A DNA stretch of 64,000 nt, taken from Lama glama. Lineage: Eukaryota. Shown one piece after another: positions 25,103-39,463 of the stretch; the first letter of the stretch is position 1, and each line of letters begins with the position of its first letter. The notes beneath the pieces were generated by a model. It saw only the letters and a program-made list of their open reading frames with translations. It was not told the DNA's origin and did no database searches. The stretch spans positions 53,756,001 through 53,820,000 of the forward strand of contig CM052816.1 of NCBI GenBank assembly GCA_028534125.1, read 5' to 3'. Made by a program: the position numbers and the translations under genes.

Positions 25103-27018
25103 GTAAGAGATTAATCCTTAGTCTACCTATGTGAAATCTACTTTCCTCTTTGCTCTAATCAAGCAGCTAAGGTCTAGACATTCATACCTTAGTCTGCCTG
25201 TTCAACAATTACTAAGTTCCCATTTCTTTAAGGTTCTACTTCAGATAGTGGTGTAAAGAGATGACATTTTGGTCTACTAGAGGAGAAAAACATTAAAAAA
25301 AAGAAATAGTTTGTGGTCAGTGCTATAATAGAAATATTATGATACAGTGGGACTCCAGAGGAGAAAGTTATTGAAGGTCTGAAATAGGAGGAGGAGGGAG
25401 GTCAGGGAAAGTTTCATAAACTAGACTCTTGACGAAGGGCTGTGAGGAGTGCTTTACTATACAGAAGAAGGAAAGGGGAGAGCAGGGGGTCTGAGTCATG
25501 GAACAGCTTGGTGCTTTCCAGAAAGCTAAAGCTCAGTCTGGAAGGTAGGCAAGGCCAGGATTTGGAGTGGCAGGTGCTCAGAACCTTGTCCTCCTTGCGA
25601 AGGGGAAAGCATTAAACATTTTTCAGTAGTTGTATATAATTGACCAGATTTGCAGTTTAGAATATTCATTTTTTAAGTCAGATGACTTCAAGGAACTGTT
25701 GGTAAGAGGAATAGCCTCTGTGTATAAATATATAGCAACATCTCTATGTGAAAAATAAGATCTTTCTCATTCTTCTTCCTGTATTTAATAGCTGACCTCT
25801 ACAGGTGGAGGACTTACTCTGATCAGTGAGTCAGGGAAAGGAGTTTTGCCCATTTGCTGCTAGGCCTTTTAGTAGGCTTTATGCTTTGTGTCCTGTCTCT
25901 GTTTTTCTTTCTGGCTCTTACTTAGCCTCTATGATTTTACCCCCTCTTTCCTTCTCTCTCTGTTCTGTGTCCCTCCTTCTCTAAAACTCTTTCTTCCTTG
26001 ATATCTCTTTGACACCCTTCACGTACACACCGCCCACCCCCATTGACCGCAGTCTAAAGCCTCTGCCATTCTCTCCTCTCCCTCTTTTTTTTGTATTTGC
26101 CGTGTATCTGTCTATACGTGTCTCCCTCTCTTTCTGCCTTTCCGTGGGCCACGCTCATTCTTCAGTAAGCTGATAACATGCCTCAGGGTGATTCCTCAGA
26201 GCCATTTCTGTGTGGTTTCAGATTGTCTTCATCCCTAATTGTGATATGAGTTATCTTATAGCTTTTGCTGATTGGTATACAAAATTTGTGAACAAATATA
26301 TATAATTGCAAGTATTTTGAGCATATTTCTATTATTTAGGTTTTATCTTTACATTTTAAGTCAGTCTTTGAAAGGAGTCAGTTAATCATTTCCAAGTGTT
26401 GTGTAGATTAATACATGCAACGAGTTACTTTAAGAAACTGAGCAAAAAAAAGAAATCTATGTTTGCTGTTGAGTTACTTGTTTATTGATAAAAAACTCTT
26501 TGTTAACCTGACACTCTCTGTTTTCACTAAGTCCATGCAGTGTTGTCAAAGTTAACTTAACACCTAGAATATTATGATTGTTATGACTATCATAACAATG
26601 GTTTGGCTGCTTTAAATAAATCTAGCTTATAGATTATCATAAAAGAAAAAGAAAAGAAAATTAGTATGTTAATCAAGACTGAAAGTGGTTTTGCAAAACT
26701 GAGTGAATGTTCTGTCCTTGGCCCTCTTCTTTGGAGCTGTAAGTAACCAGTAATGGAAGATAGTGCTTTGTGTTCAGAAACTGTAGAGTGGATTCCATGT
26801 CTTTTTATTTAGTGAATTTGAAGATAACATAGTTTGCACTCAGATTTTTTTTTCTTGAACTGTATTACTCACTGAAGTTTTAGAGCATGGTTTCTGAAGT
26901 GTTGTATATTTTAGTGATACTTCTAGATACTCAGTAGACTGCACCACCAGCTGATGAGAACATAGTGATATTTAGAAAATATAGCAAATTTTCGCATATA
27001 CTTTTATACAACTCATTG

Positions 27019-27180
27019 CTTTTTTAAATATTTTATTTATTACTGTATTATTTAATTATTTTATTTTGGTGGAGGGTGGTAATTAGGTTTATTTATTTTT
27101 AGAGGAGGTACTGGCGATTGAACCCAGGTCCTCATGGGTGCTAAGTATGTGCTCTACCACTTGAGCTATACCCTCCCCCT
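27019..27180 (-). mobile_element. tRNA-derived SINE (Vic-1-like)
   Basis: Reverse complement of the 10278 element; TSD caactcattg at 27009-27018 and 27182-27191. Confidence 0.9.
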
Positions 27181-27579
27181 GCAACTCATTGTTTATAAAT
27201 GATTAAATATAAAAATAGATGAATGAAGGTATTCTGTAGGGCTGTATTCTATTCTGCAGTTTCTCATTTTTCAAGAAAAGGAGTTTGAGAGAATTCATAC
27301 ATGAAAATTAGCATTAAAGAATGATTTTTAAGTAACATCAATTTGACAGTGCTTTTAAGTTGTGTAATTCATAACTCATTGGATAGGAGACAGAAACTGA
27401 AATGATTACTTTCACCTGAATATAAAAAGTTGTTTTCTATGCATATTTATTTTAGCCATCTTTAAAACTGAACTAGGGAAACCAGGTTTAGCACATTATG
27501 TTCATTTGTATGCCCAAGGAATAATTGAATAATAAACTTTTTTAATATCTCAAAATCTTTTTACGTAGTGTAAAAAAGA

Positions 27580-28340
27580 ATTAAAAATTTAGTCAACAGT
27601 CTGCTTTTGGTATGGTTGAAAAAGCTCCTACCAGACAACTGTAAACTCTGGAAAAATACAAAAAGTAAACAACTGCCTGACATCTCAAAGAGTACGTAAA
27701 AGTAGAAAGAGTCTGAAGGAGAATTGACACGTGAAAGAAGAGAGTGGCACAAAGTGAATTTCCCCACTTGTGTGGCTTTTATCCTGATACATTTGGCACT
27801 ATGCATGGAGGCTAAAACTCCAGGAGGAAACCCAGAGTCCTTCTGGCCTGAGGAAGTAGAGGACAGACAGAGTTTAGGAAAACTATTTCCAAAGATGTTG
27901 GAAAGTTAAGGGGGGATTCTAGAAAGGAGAAAGCCAATGCGGGAAGCCTCAGTATCTGCAAATAACTCTACTGAAGTCTCTGGCTTACCCCCAAACCACA
28001 CATGTGTAGGATGGATTCAGAGCAGCACAGTTAAGAATAAAGAAACTGAACTGGAATTTGAACAGCACTAAAGAGATGAAGTCTGTAATTGCCTGCTGAA
28101 ACAAACACAAACAAAAACCAGTATTCATTATAGGATATAACAACATCCCTGCAGTATACATTTATAATGTCCAAGATAAATCCAAAATTACTCAGCGTAA
28201 GAAGCACTAGAACAGGGAATTATTGTTTAAGTGGTATAGAATTTCAGTTTGTGAAGCTGTAAAATTTTCTGGAGATTGATGGTGGTAATGGGTACATAAC
28301 ACTGTGAATGTACTTAATGCCACTGAATTGCACACTTATA
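27580..28340 (+). mobile_element. Old L1 fragments (5'/ORF1-proximal piece joined to a 3' UTR piece)
   Basis: ttctggagattgatggtggtaatgggtacataacactgtgaatgtacttaatgccactgaattgcacactta is L1MB/MC 3' UTR-like. Confidence 0.65.
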
Positions 28341-31300
28341 ATTTTGTGATGACCTATTATAATATTTGAAGAAGGCTATTGTTTGAACAAATATTTACCA
28401 GTTTATTACTTGTCAGAGAATTTAGGTAAACATATGATACCCATATTTTGAGAAGTTTTTAAAATAGTGAATTCCTCAATATTTATATAGCATTCTCCCA
28501 AAATTCATTTTTCCTATGTCACAGGGACTTATAGTTAATCCAAAGAGAAAGTAGTTGTTGTAAGTAGGATCTGGATAGTACTGGCCATTAGTTGGTACCA
28601 AAAATAACTCCTTAAATCTAAGCAAGAAAATTAATATGAAATAGAAATTTAATAGTCATATTAAATATTTCTTTTATTTAGGGTACATTGTATTATTCTC
28701 TTTGCTTGTCTTATACAATTTGATAAGTAAAACCTACTTAAACGTACTATTAAATGTTCCATCTGTTTTTGGATTGAGCCTTTGGGCACGTTAAAATGCC
28801 ATGATTGTTTACGTGATCATGTCTATTTTCTTTGTGACCGTTGCCCAGGACAGATCTTATATATTGTCTGTTGTCTCATTGTTCCATCCAGTTTAGGATA
28901 TAGTGCAAGTTTTTCCTTTTTAATGATAGAGTATCATTAATAATTGCATTAAAATAAGACAGAGTAAGTTTGTAGACTTCTAAGTTGTACTTCGAACCTC
29001 TGCTGTGGTTTTGTCTAGTGGCCTTTAAGATACAAGTGCAGGGAACAGAGATTTCATTTTTAAATGTGAAACATTTAAATCAGAAAGACTTTCCGTCTTT
29101 CTTTTCCCAACTTTTTTGAGATGTACCATGACTAACCTCTCCCTTTCAGAGCAGCGTGTAGGATGTGTGCTGATAAAGTGAAGTGTGCCCTGACGAATGG
29201 TGTGAAAATCTAAGTCCTTCGCTTTGCCAGCAGTGGTGACATAAGTGTTTAAGTGTTCTATCTGATGGTAGCTTGATGTACCAGCAAGTTACGCCATGTC
29301 CTGTACAAAGCATGAAGCTCCCAGCCGTCAGTGGAGCCAGAGGAAAACATGGGAAGTTAGGGGTTGGTTGTAGGTAAAATATGTGCAGGAGATAAGAGAC
29401 AGAACAACCTTGCTGTACATCATTAAAGAGAGTGGTCGGAGTGCTCTCACTAGAGTAGTTTTGTCATTTATTGTGTACTGTAAATCTAAAACCTATTTAT
29501 TTTATTATTTGAAAGTTCTTTTATTTTGTTAGAAATCCAGCAGCAATAAATTCTTTAAAATGGAAGTGTGTATTTAATGAAAAATGAAGTTCCAAATTTC
29601 TGTCTCATTACTTACCATGTGCAAAATGTTGTCAGCATTTACCATCTACTATGACAATCATGGTGATATCACTGACCACACAACAACCAGAAAATAAGCA
29701 AATCTGCTAGAAGAGGATCAGTGTCTATTTAAAAAGTTAGGAGTTATTTTAGGAAGATTGTGCCTCAAGATAACAATTAAATATATAGAGGTGCTGAATA
29801 TGTTTACATACCTCTCTGTGAAACGTAATCTCATGTAGATCAAATAGCTCTTTTTTAAAAATTAATTTTGTTCGTTTTTCATCCCAAGTTTTTTTGCACG
29901 TATGAAAAATGAAGCAGTAACAGTTAATGTATTAGCTCCATTAGTGAAAAAAGGACCTAAATGATGCTAGTTTTCAAATAGAAAATCAATTAATTTCAAT
30001 AATAGTTCAACCATTTTTACTCAAAGCTTTTATACGTTTATTCTGTCAGTGTAAATGAAATCAAAGTAAAGCTTTTGGAACTGTATTCTGTCAAAATCGC
30101 TGTAAATGCTATTGTAAATTTAAAAGTGCCAACATGGATGGTAAAATTACTCTTTTTCGCTGAGTGGATGTTGTCATGGTAATATCAACGTTCTTATTAA
30201 TTAAGAAAACTATGGAACAAATATTTTGGGGATTGATTGTGGTCCATGCAAACTCACTCTGCTTGTTCTACCAATTTAAATAAAACTGTAATGGTCAAGT
30301 TTACTAATATTTGATATGTGTAGTTTAACAGAACTACAAGATTCTTGTGATGAAGCTCATATTGAAAAAGCATACTTCAGCATGACAGCACACACTCTCA
30401 TATGCTCTTTGCTACATGTGACCAGCGGGGTTTTAGAAATGTGATTTTGTGAAAAACTGCTTTGTAAATTAGCATGTGTTCCACATTGGCTTTTTTTGCT
30501 TGGGGTGGGTGGATAGGGAACAGAGTAAATGAAACTTTTGAATATTTGTTAGATTTTGGTTCAGAATCATTTGGAAATTTTTAAGTGTTCACCAAATAGA
30601 GTGCCAAAAACCTTCAGCTTTTGAAAATATTAGCAAATAACAATTCTTGGAAACAAGTCTTGCAAACAGGAAGACATCTTTATAAAAGAAAGAGAAGAAC
30701 TGAACAAATTAAGTGATAAGACCTAAAAAATTTATTTTAGAAGATGTGTCATTTGCAGTATCTCAACTGTGGTAAAGACTTTTTCATGGGTCTCATGTTT
30801 TTGTTGGTTAAGTTTATATTTTTTTTTAGAATGAAATGAAATTGAGAAGGCAGTTGATTTTGCAGTACCTAAATTTGGCAAAATATTTTTTAAAGTACAG
30901 AGAATTATTTTTAAGTTTTATCTTATAAAAATAATTTCATTGAATGGAGGAGGAAAAGTTTAATATCTAGGCTTAAGATATTTACTCATTTTAACATAAA
31001 AGAACGCACTGAGAATATCCTTTATTCAACAGAATTTTCTCTGTGCTTACCAGATTGTTCAAACTGTAAGGAGGACATTTTTTCTATTAACAATATGTTC
31101 TGTAGCGAAGGATAAGTTGAAAATGCCAACATTTTCATAATTAGTGATCATAAATTTCAGTTTTGAAGAAGATTGTAGGCAGTCTTTTTTTTTATAGTAA
31201 GACCATATAAAAATACATTCTTCAGATAAATTCCAATGACTTGATTTTAGAGATAGAGACAGCTAAGAAACTGATAAAGTAGATGAATAAATAAGTATGA

Positions 31301-33141
31301 GTGAATAATTATTCTGCTTATGTTTTTAATGCATCATTGAATGTGGATATGTTTTTATCTTTTAGAAATTATTTTTGAAAATATGTTTTTAATAGAATAG
31401 GTGTTTCATAACCCACCAATATAATAAAACAAGTTTTACAGTCAGTAAATACATATTTTAAAAATCACATAATTTTAATTACTTGAAATTTTCTATCTCA
31501 CTCTCAATAGTGTCTATTAATATATTGAAATAATTTAATTTCCTAAAAGTTAATTTCTGGGATCAGAAATAAAAGCAGTATGAATCACTCCACTAGCTCA
31601 AAAAAAAATTGCGATGGCCAGACTTCTTTCTTTTTTCTGATTTATTTTAGTTGCATATTCTAAATCTCAGTACTCAAATATACTTTAGAGTTAACCTAAT
31701 TATAAGTTCTCATTCTACATCTGAGAAAGCTAATGGTTAGGTGTATTTTCCAGGTTATTCCAGCAAGTTAATTACATGATCCAGTGTGCCACACTCCCTT
31801 TTGACCCGTATCACTCACCTGGTGAATATTTTACTAATTATCTTTAAAAATGAATCATAGAATTTTTCTTATCTGTATTTGGACCAACATGGTCTGGTAA
31901 TTAGTGGATAACAGTTGTTGGTAACCAAAGTAACATTTTTTACGTATTTTTTTTATAGTTCTACTTTTTAAAAACTAGGTCAATCATTTTTAAATAGATT
32001 GTTACTGAAAGAAGGTTGCCTTCTATCCAAATCAATTATCTTAACGAATTAATATTGTTAAAGAGTTTACCACATCATTCCTGTACTTTGCCTTATTGTT
32101 GCAGAACTATATCTTTAGCTCTGCCTGACTTGATTAATTTTATTTTTTATCCATTTCTAATGTCTCTAAAATGTTCTAATATAGATGTTTATTTTTCCAT
32201 GCATTATAAGTCCTATTTAATTTATAGTTACAATTTTATGTGTGTAACCTTCTAAATTAAAATAATGCTTTTTCAATAAAATAACTGATGTTTAAAATAC
32301 AAATCTATTTTGTTAACATTTCTGTTTTCATTTAATTATTATTAAAATTATCTCAATACATGTTAATGTTGTACATTCAAAAATTGACTTAGGAAATCTT
32401 ATTACAGTGTAAAAGCTACTATAATAAGTTGCTCTCTAACATAAATAAATAAATGACCAATATTACTAGAGGCTGTAAGCAACATGGGGAAAAAAAAATG
32501 GAAGGAGTCTTTTATCCTAGTTTTTAGAGGGCATCAGCAGCTTGCTTTTATGAAAAAGTAACAGCTAAATGCACTGCAAATAATTTGCAGTAATCCAGTT
32601 CAGTGATTCATGTGTCTGCTTTAATGGGTCATAATTCAGGGTAAAGTAACTGAGTGCAGTCAGAGTGCAGACACTGCTTATGCCAGGGACAGTATCTCTT
32701 CATAAAACACACCTCAGGAGAAGCAGTTTGCCAGCCCCCTAATACTCTCTGATGTTTTGATGTCCTGCATATTTTTCCGATTAAGTTTTGAGTGCCATGT
32801 TTTTAGTTGTATTTCCACATTCATTATTCTCACGTAGACCCTTCAGCGGGTTTGCCATATATGATTATTTTTTTAATGATGCCTTTCTTTCCACTTCAGC
32901 AGTTTAATAATCTAGCACATGGCTGCTTCTCAGTACTCAGCATTCACCTCCCCAGTACTGAAGAGGACATGTGCTTTGGCTTCAGAATTCCATTTGCAGC
33001 ATTAGAAATGCATATTCCCTATGGAACAACATTTGTTTGACATAACCATTCATTTTTATTACCTCTTTAAATATGTTTATCCAGAGTTATCAATAATCAT
33101 AAATAACTGTATTCTCATCTTGTTCTGTTTTTTTCCAACAG

Positions 33142-33328
33142 ACAAAATTGCTTACCCAGTACATATTAAATCTCGGCAAGTATGATCAAAACTACGACAT
33201 CAGAGACCGTACAAGATTTATTAGGCAGCTTATTGTTCCGAATGAGAAGAGTGGAGCTCTAAGTAAATATGCCAAAAAAATATTCCTGGCGCAAAAACCC
33301 GCACCACTGCTTGAGTCTCCTTTTAAAG
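33142..33328 (+). CDS. AP3B1: AP3B1 exon (~16), [62 protein letters not shown](D)
   Basis: ccaacag / gtatta; 187 nt; contains adaptin YDIRDR motif. Confidence 0.97.
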
Positions 33329-34298
33329 GTATTACTAGCAGAATATAAGTGCAAAATATATGTTATCTAAAAAATTATGACATTATATGCCCTGTTTCTA
33401 ACATGTTTAAAATTTATCTCTTAGAAAACATAAATGTTTAGCATATATAAATATATAAGAACAGTGTGCTTTCTAGATTCATCTGTTCTGCAGAGCAAGG
33501 TTTAAATTAGTTAAAGTTTATATTTTTATAGGCCCTATTTATCTGAATAATTTCAGTCTAATTTTATTTTATTCTTACTAAACGATTTAGCTGAACAATG
33601 GATAAAAGCTATGTTGTTCTTGTAGACGTTGACTTCATTTCTATTTTAAATAGATGGCTTTGTTTAATACGGAATATGTAATTCACCTTAATAGTGAGTT
33701 ATTAATTAAATATTCTGTGTACACTTACATAAACTTTTCCAAGAATTTTTTCATGAAATGTATCTTTATATTTAAACTTGTTTTTCAAAAATGGAAGTTA
33801 GCTTATTTTTCCCAGCTTTTTAAAAGGAGTAATTATTTTATCAGTTTAACAAGTAGCCATTACAGTGGGAAACAAATGATTATATACTTTGGTTTTCATA
33901 TTTATTCTCATTTAATTGTTGTAAGGCGATAAAAAGCAGTTCAGTTTTGTAGAAAAACTATTAAAATTCTGGATGTGTTTGTGGCAAGACATGTATATGG
34001 ATTGTTTAACTGTGCTGTCATTCTTAATATTCACAGTAAAGTAATTTTTAGAGAAGCTACATATCAGAGCAACACCTCTAAACACACTGACTGATTAGCT
34101 TTTTTATTGACCATTATGGGGGAGATTATTGTAATCTATGGACTGAAATCAGTTTTTTGACCTATGAAGAGCTTCCTAGTTTATATTTATTCCTTGACAT
34201 TTGAGGTAATATGCCAATTACTTTGAGCTCTGATTAGGATTGTTCTCTGTTACATACAGCTCATATTGTTTATTTTATATTTTCCTCTATTTTAATAG

Positions 34299-34429
34299 AT
34301 AGGGATCATTTCCAGCTTGGCACTTTATCTCACACTCTCAACGCTAAAGCTACTGGGTACCTGGAATTATCTAATTGGCCAGAGGTGGCGCCTGACCCAT
34401 CAGTTCGAAATGTAGAAGTAATAGAGTTG
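34299..34429 (+). CDS. AP3B1: AP3B1 exon (~17), [43 protein letters not shown]
   Basis: taatag / gtaagt; 131 nt. Confidence 0.96.
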
Positions 34430-35469
34430 GTAAGTTGACCTTTCTGAAGTTAATTTTGTCAAGCATTGGGAGATTTCTAGAATAACCATTGTTTCATATA
34501 AAAGGTTTTTTTGCGGGGGATTGAAAATCGAAAATTGTTCTGATATTTCTAAATGTAATGTGTTATATATATATCTCACTGCTGTGGGAACTAACCATTG
34601 TAGTACCCCTGTGTTGTTGCGTATGTACTGTTCTTTTTCTTCAAGGAAATAGAGAATTGAATTCTCTGCATCAGTGCCGCCCACATTTGTGGTATTGCAT
34701 TTGTAGCTGTGTAGATTCAATTTCTAAGGTATTTAGTTTTATTGGATTGAGCTTTTCCTACTTAGTTTGGAGATTCGTAAGCTTCCTGTCAATATTTTCT
34801 AAATATTTTTTGCTGTCTCTTCCAGAAAAACCATACAAAGTGTTCTTCAGGATTTTCTGATGAACCTGTTTTACATGAAGGCTAAACATACATAGGGAGC
34901 ATAGTGTACCCAAAAATGTCCTTACACAAGGTCACAATTAAAATGAATAATAGGTTGCTTTCACATTAAAAAAAGAAAAAAAGAAAGCTCTCTATATAAA
35001 TACTCTTTTCCTAGATCTTTAAAACATGCTGGCCACTAAAATAAAAGAATTAATATTCTTTCCTACTATTGTCTCTTTCTTTCTTATGTAAACAAGAAAA
35101 ATAAAGAGAAAGATCTTCTAATTGTCTTTAGAGGTTGATTATGTGAAATATATCCAAAACTTCTTTAAGTAGAATTAATAAAAAAAGAACAATAGATATT
35201 ACATTGTGGATGCTTTTTGGGTAGAACACATATATTGAACTAGGATTCATTTTATCAGTCTTTATTGCTAATTCCTATGGGAAGGTCAGTTAATCTTTTT
35301 GCCTATTACCTTTTCCATGTACAATGGAAGAAAATCTTTATTACTTTAAATAGAAGAATTTCTATAATGGGCAGGGCCATGTAGTTTGATTCTTTTGAGA
35401 AATATGTTTCTTTTAACTACTCAGACTTACCTGGCTTTGAAACGTGGCCAGAAGCAATATTAACTAATA

Positions 35470-35710
35470 ATGGCTCCATTTAGCAAACCCTGGAAGTGTA
35501 CTTTGATAATGTTTCATAAACAATATCTTGCTTAAACTTCGTCATGATTTTAAGTGATGGTTATTGTTATCCCATTTTGCAGATAACGAAACCAAGGTTC
35601 AGAGAACCTAATAAGTAAATTGCACAAGCTTGCATAGTTAGTAAATGATGGAACTGGAATTTCAACCCAGATCTGTCTGAGTCCATTGTTCATGCTCTGA
35701 TTGCATTTTA
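35470..35710 (-). mobile_element. MIR
   Basis: atcccattttgcagataacgaaaccaaggttcagaga core. Confidence 0.8.
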
Positions 35711-37663
35711 TGATGTAATATGAAGAGAGGAAGCTTGAGCTCTTTTGTAAATCTGTACTGTCCTTAGTACTTAGCACCACTGCTTTCATGTTGTGACAAA
35801 TTATCTCTATTTAGAGATGAGTTTTTAAAATTTAAAACGAATTGCATTTTCCTCCTTTCAACTCAGTTTGGTGATTTCCACTCAAATCTACATCCTTCTC
35901 TTAAATATTCAAAAAGATTGGCTTACTTGTGAAACTTTTGGTCAAATGCTAGAATACAAAGAGAATGTTCTTTGTTACGTGCAGATACTCTCTCTCCTAA
36001 TTTCTTATTATGCCCGTTTGTTGTTTTTATGGTTCTGTCTTTTTTCATTATTGGGTACATAATGTTTTGGTCCAAGTAGAACCATCCTTTTATCCTCCTT
36101 CCTCTGCTGCCCTGTTCCTCCTCCTTGCCACTCCAATCCACCAAAAAAGTAACATAAAAATAGTTCATTGTCTCAGAAATTGATGGCAATGCCATGCACT
36201 TTAATTGGGTCTCAAAAGTAGCCTTATATTGGCTGATAGATTGGTTAGCTGGCTGGCTTCCATTTTCATGTGCTCTTCTAAGCATTAACTACCTTATAGG
36301 GACAGTCTTTAAATAACATGTTTTCTTATGTTCATTTCACCTGTCTGATTCAACGGAGACAAATTGATTTCTTTTACATTTTGCTGACTACATTGTGGAA
36401 ATTAATAATTGCTAACATATTATGGAGGATAATAATAACTGATGGAATTTGGTTGCATCAAAAAAAAAACTGTCACTATCTGTTGATGCCATGCAGAAAA
36501 TAGTTTCAGTCTATTGGTCTCTGGACATACTGTTTTAAAATTATAGTATAAGAGACTCAATTAAATATAAAAATAATGTACATAGTTTTATTATCAAATG
36601 CAACTATAACAATACAGAAAGTAGGTTTCATATAGTCTTTCTTGCCTATCGCTCTGTCACCACCATCAAAGTCACATCAGTGTATTTCATGCACATAAAA
36701 CATGTGTTATCCTAGTTTTACTATAAAGTGATCTTACAGGGTCACATTGTGTTACTATGAAATATAACTTAGTCAAAATAATGACCTAGGTTTGGATAAT
36801 CTGCTATTTTAATCAAAACAACAGGGAACCTAGTCACATTGACACTAGAAGTCACTTTGAATTACACACTACCATTCCGGAATATCAAATACGATACATA
36901 TTTGTATTACGACACCAGTCAGTTTTGAAGATTCTTTACACTGTTGTTTTTTTTTTTTTTTTTTTTTTTTGCTTAGTTCTAGGAAATCCTTTTCTGCCCA
37001 GTTACGAAAAGACTGTTTTTGGCATACCAAGCTTTACAAACACATCTGCCGTCAGTGTTTTATCTTTCATAGGAACTTTCAAATTAGTGCCTTGCTCTTT
37101 TCCTCTTCCTTTTTCCCTGTTATTTCTTTTGCTTAGAGTTATCATAGTCATAAAAGACCATAACAAAAATTAAAATATTTTTACTGTGAGACTTTGTCCT
37201 TTAAAATCTAAAGCTCCATGAATAGAGAGTCCGTGACCGTGTCAAAATAATATACCTCTTTGAGTATAAGAGCTTGATTTTTCTTATCTGTGACTTAGTC
37301 TTAGCCTAAAAGCCATAGTCCAATTAAGTAATTTTTTCCCCCTGAATTGACCTGACAAACTTTTTACTAGGCTTTAGGAAAATATTGTTTATTTGGATTT
37401 AAGAAAAATGGAATTTCAGTGTTTACTAAATATAGGAGAACTTTGATTATAGAATACTATCTTTATTCATTTTTGAAGGACAGAACATTATAAATATATA
37501 TAAAAAGAAAAGCAGTACTGCTGATCTTATGTAAGTATCTTACTCAAATATATTTGAGTAATTTTTACTCATTTTTCTGTTATTGTCCAGATAGTGATTT
37601 TCCAGTTTAGCAAAGCTTGTCTTTTTAAGCAACATATCTTAAGCCCATAAGCCCTCTCTAGAT

Positions 37664-37873
37664 CAGTGGTTTTCAATCTTAGCTATACACTGTAATCATG
37701 GAAATAATTAAACAAAACCTTTGTCAGGCCTGCCCCAGACCAATTAAATCAGAATTTTAGGAAATGAATCCTAGGTATTAGCTTTTTTAATATTAGTATT
37801 TTATTGCTCGTATTAGTAGTCTTAAAAATATTCTCAGGTGATGCTAACCTGCATCTAGTGCTGAGAACCACTC
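37664..37873. mobile_element. MER5A-like hAT element
   Basis: cagtggttttcaa...tgagaaccact terminal inverted repeats. Confidence 0.8.
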
Positions 37874-38129
37874 CTGAATAGGAACGTCTGTGCTGCCATA
37901 AATTTCTTCACAGCAGCATGGTACTCTGGCCAACTGGCACATAGTAGAAACTCAAAAGTGTGATAAATAAATAAGTCTTAACCATTCTTGACCTTTTAAA
38001 AAATACACATTTCCCTGACCTTTAAAAGAGAGTGTATGAACCATGATTTAATTTTTCTTAACGAATCAGGGTCACACTTATGGAAATTATTTTATTTTAC
38101 TTTAATACACTGTGTTAAAGTTTTTAAGG

Positions 38130-38930
38130 GGCTGTCACACAACTGATACTTATTGTGCCAGGGACACTTAAGATATATTGGTGTACAAAATATTCAAACA
38201 CCTCTGCTCTCCACAAGCTGATGTTCCAGCAGGGATAGACTGACAGTAAAAATAAATTTATAAATTTATGTATGTGTGTTAGAGAATAATAAGTGCTGTG
38301 ACAGAAACAAAACAGGATTAGAGCAGAGTAAGGTCAGAAGTGCCAGGCCTGGAAGGTTGGAATTTTAAATAGAGTGGTCCTCCCTGAGGTGACATTTGAG
38401 CAGAGACTTGCGGGGAGTGAGGGAATGAGCCATGCAGTCATCTGGGGGAGGGTGTTGGGAACAGGAGCAGCTTTGGGGAGAGGCCTAAAGGAGAGAGAGA
38501 GAGCATGCCTGGGGTATTTGAAGAATCTGTAAGGAGCGGCTGGAGCAGAGCGGGCAGGAGGGAGAGCAGCAGCAGGACACAGAGGCAAGGGGAGGCCGGG
38601 GAGGGCCGAGCAGACTGTTGTAAAGACTTCTCTTTTTCTGAGTGAAACAGGGAGCCTTTGGTAGGGTTTCAAACCAAAGAAGAGCTTGATTGGAATTGGG
38701 TTTTAATAAAATCATTCTGACTGCTGTGTTGAGCCAACCTGGAGCTGGGGGGTGGGAGGTGGGACTAGACCCAGGGTAACCAGTTGGAGACTGCTGCTGT
38801 AATCCAGGAGAGAGCTGGTCGAGGTGGTACAGGACCAAGGTGGCTGAAGGCTTTCTTGATGGATTAGATGATTAGGGTATGAGAGAAAAAAAGAAGTCAG
38901 TGACAGGATTACCCCAGAGTTTATGCTGTG
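38130..38930 (-). mobile_element. L2 LINE fragment
   Basis: gaggtgacatttgagcagagacttg...gatgattagggtatgagagaaa L2 motifs; explains ORFs 38334-38838. Confidence 0.85.
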
Positions 38931-39354
38931 GAGATGATAAGGACTATTTATCGCCTACACTAAATTTTTTTTTTCCTTTTCCCTCATTATTAAGCTGTCA
39001 ACTTGCATTTCTTACTGCTCTTATTGTGTCTGCCTCTAACTGCCCTCATCTCTCCTAGGCTGTCCTACCTTAGTTTAAATCTTCTGTAGACCAACAAATA
39101 CAAAAATGTTTTAAATCATATGTAAAATAAAGTTGTTGGTTTAACACAGTAGTCTCTGAGTGAGGGTTTGTGTTCCTCTCTTTAGTGGTAAAGGGGAATC
39201 AGACTTAATGCCAGGACTTCTAACAGCTGCCTCCTCTGTTGAGGCCTTGAACTTTCTTCTGGGTTCACAGAGTATTCGAATGGTTAAGTTTGCCTGAGGA
39301 CTGAATCCCTTAATGAGAATTCATTGATATTTAATTTACATTTTTTTTAAACAG

Positions 39355-39463
39355 GCAAAAGAATGGACCCCAGCAGGAAAAGCAAAGAAAGAGAATCCTG
39401 ATAAGAAATTTTATTCTGAATCTGAGGAGGAAGAGGACTCTTCTGAGAGCAGCAGTGACAGTG
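39355..39463 (+). CDS. AP3B1: AP3B1 exon (~18), AKEWTPAGKAKKENPDKKFYSESEEEEDSSESSSDS(E); start of acidic hinge
   Basis: aaacag / gtaggg; 109 nt. Confidence 0.95.

Noticed and set aside
25860..26150. Pyrimidine-rich stretch
   Set aside because: Low-complexity sequence with no clear mirror repeat or associated exon.
26577..26599. 10-bp perfect hairpin attgttatga-cta-tcataacaat
   Set aside because: Plausibly expected by chance in 64 kb of AT-rich DNA.
38334..38838. 112- and 117-aa minus-strand ORFs
   Set aside because: Inside a decayed L2; no intact reverse-transcriptase motif.
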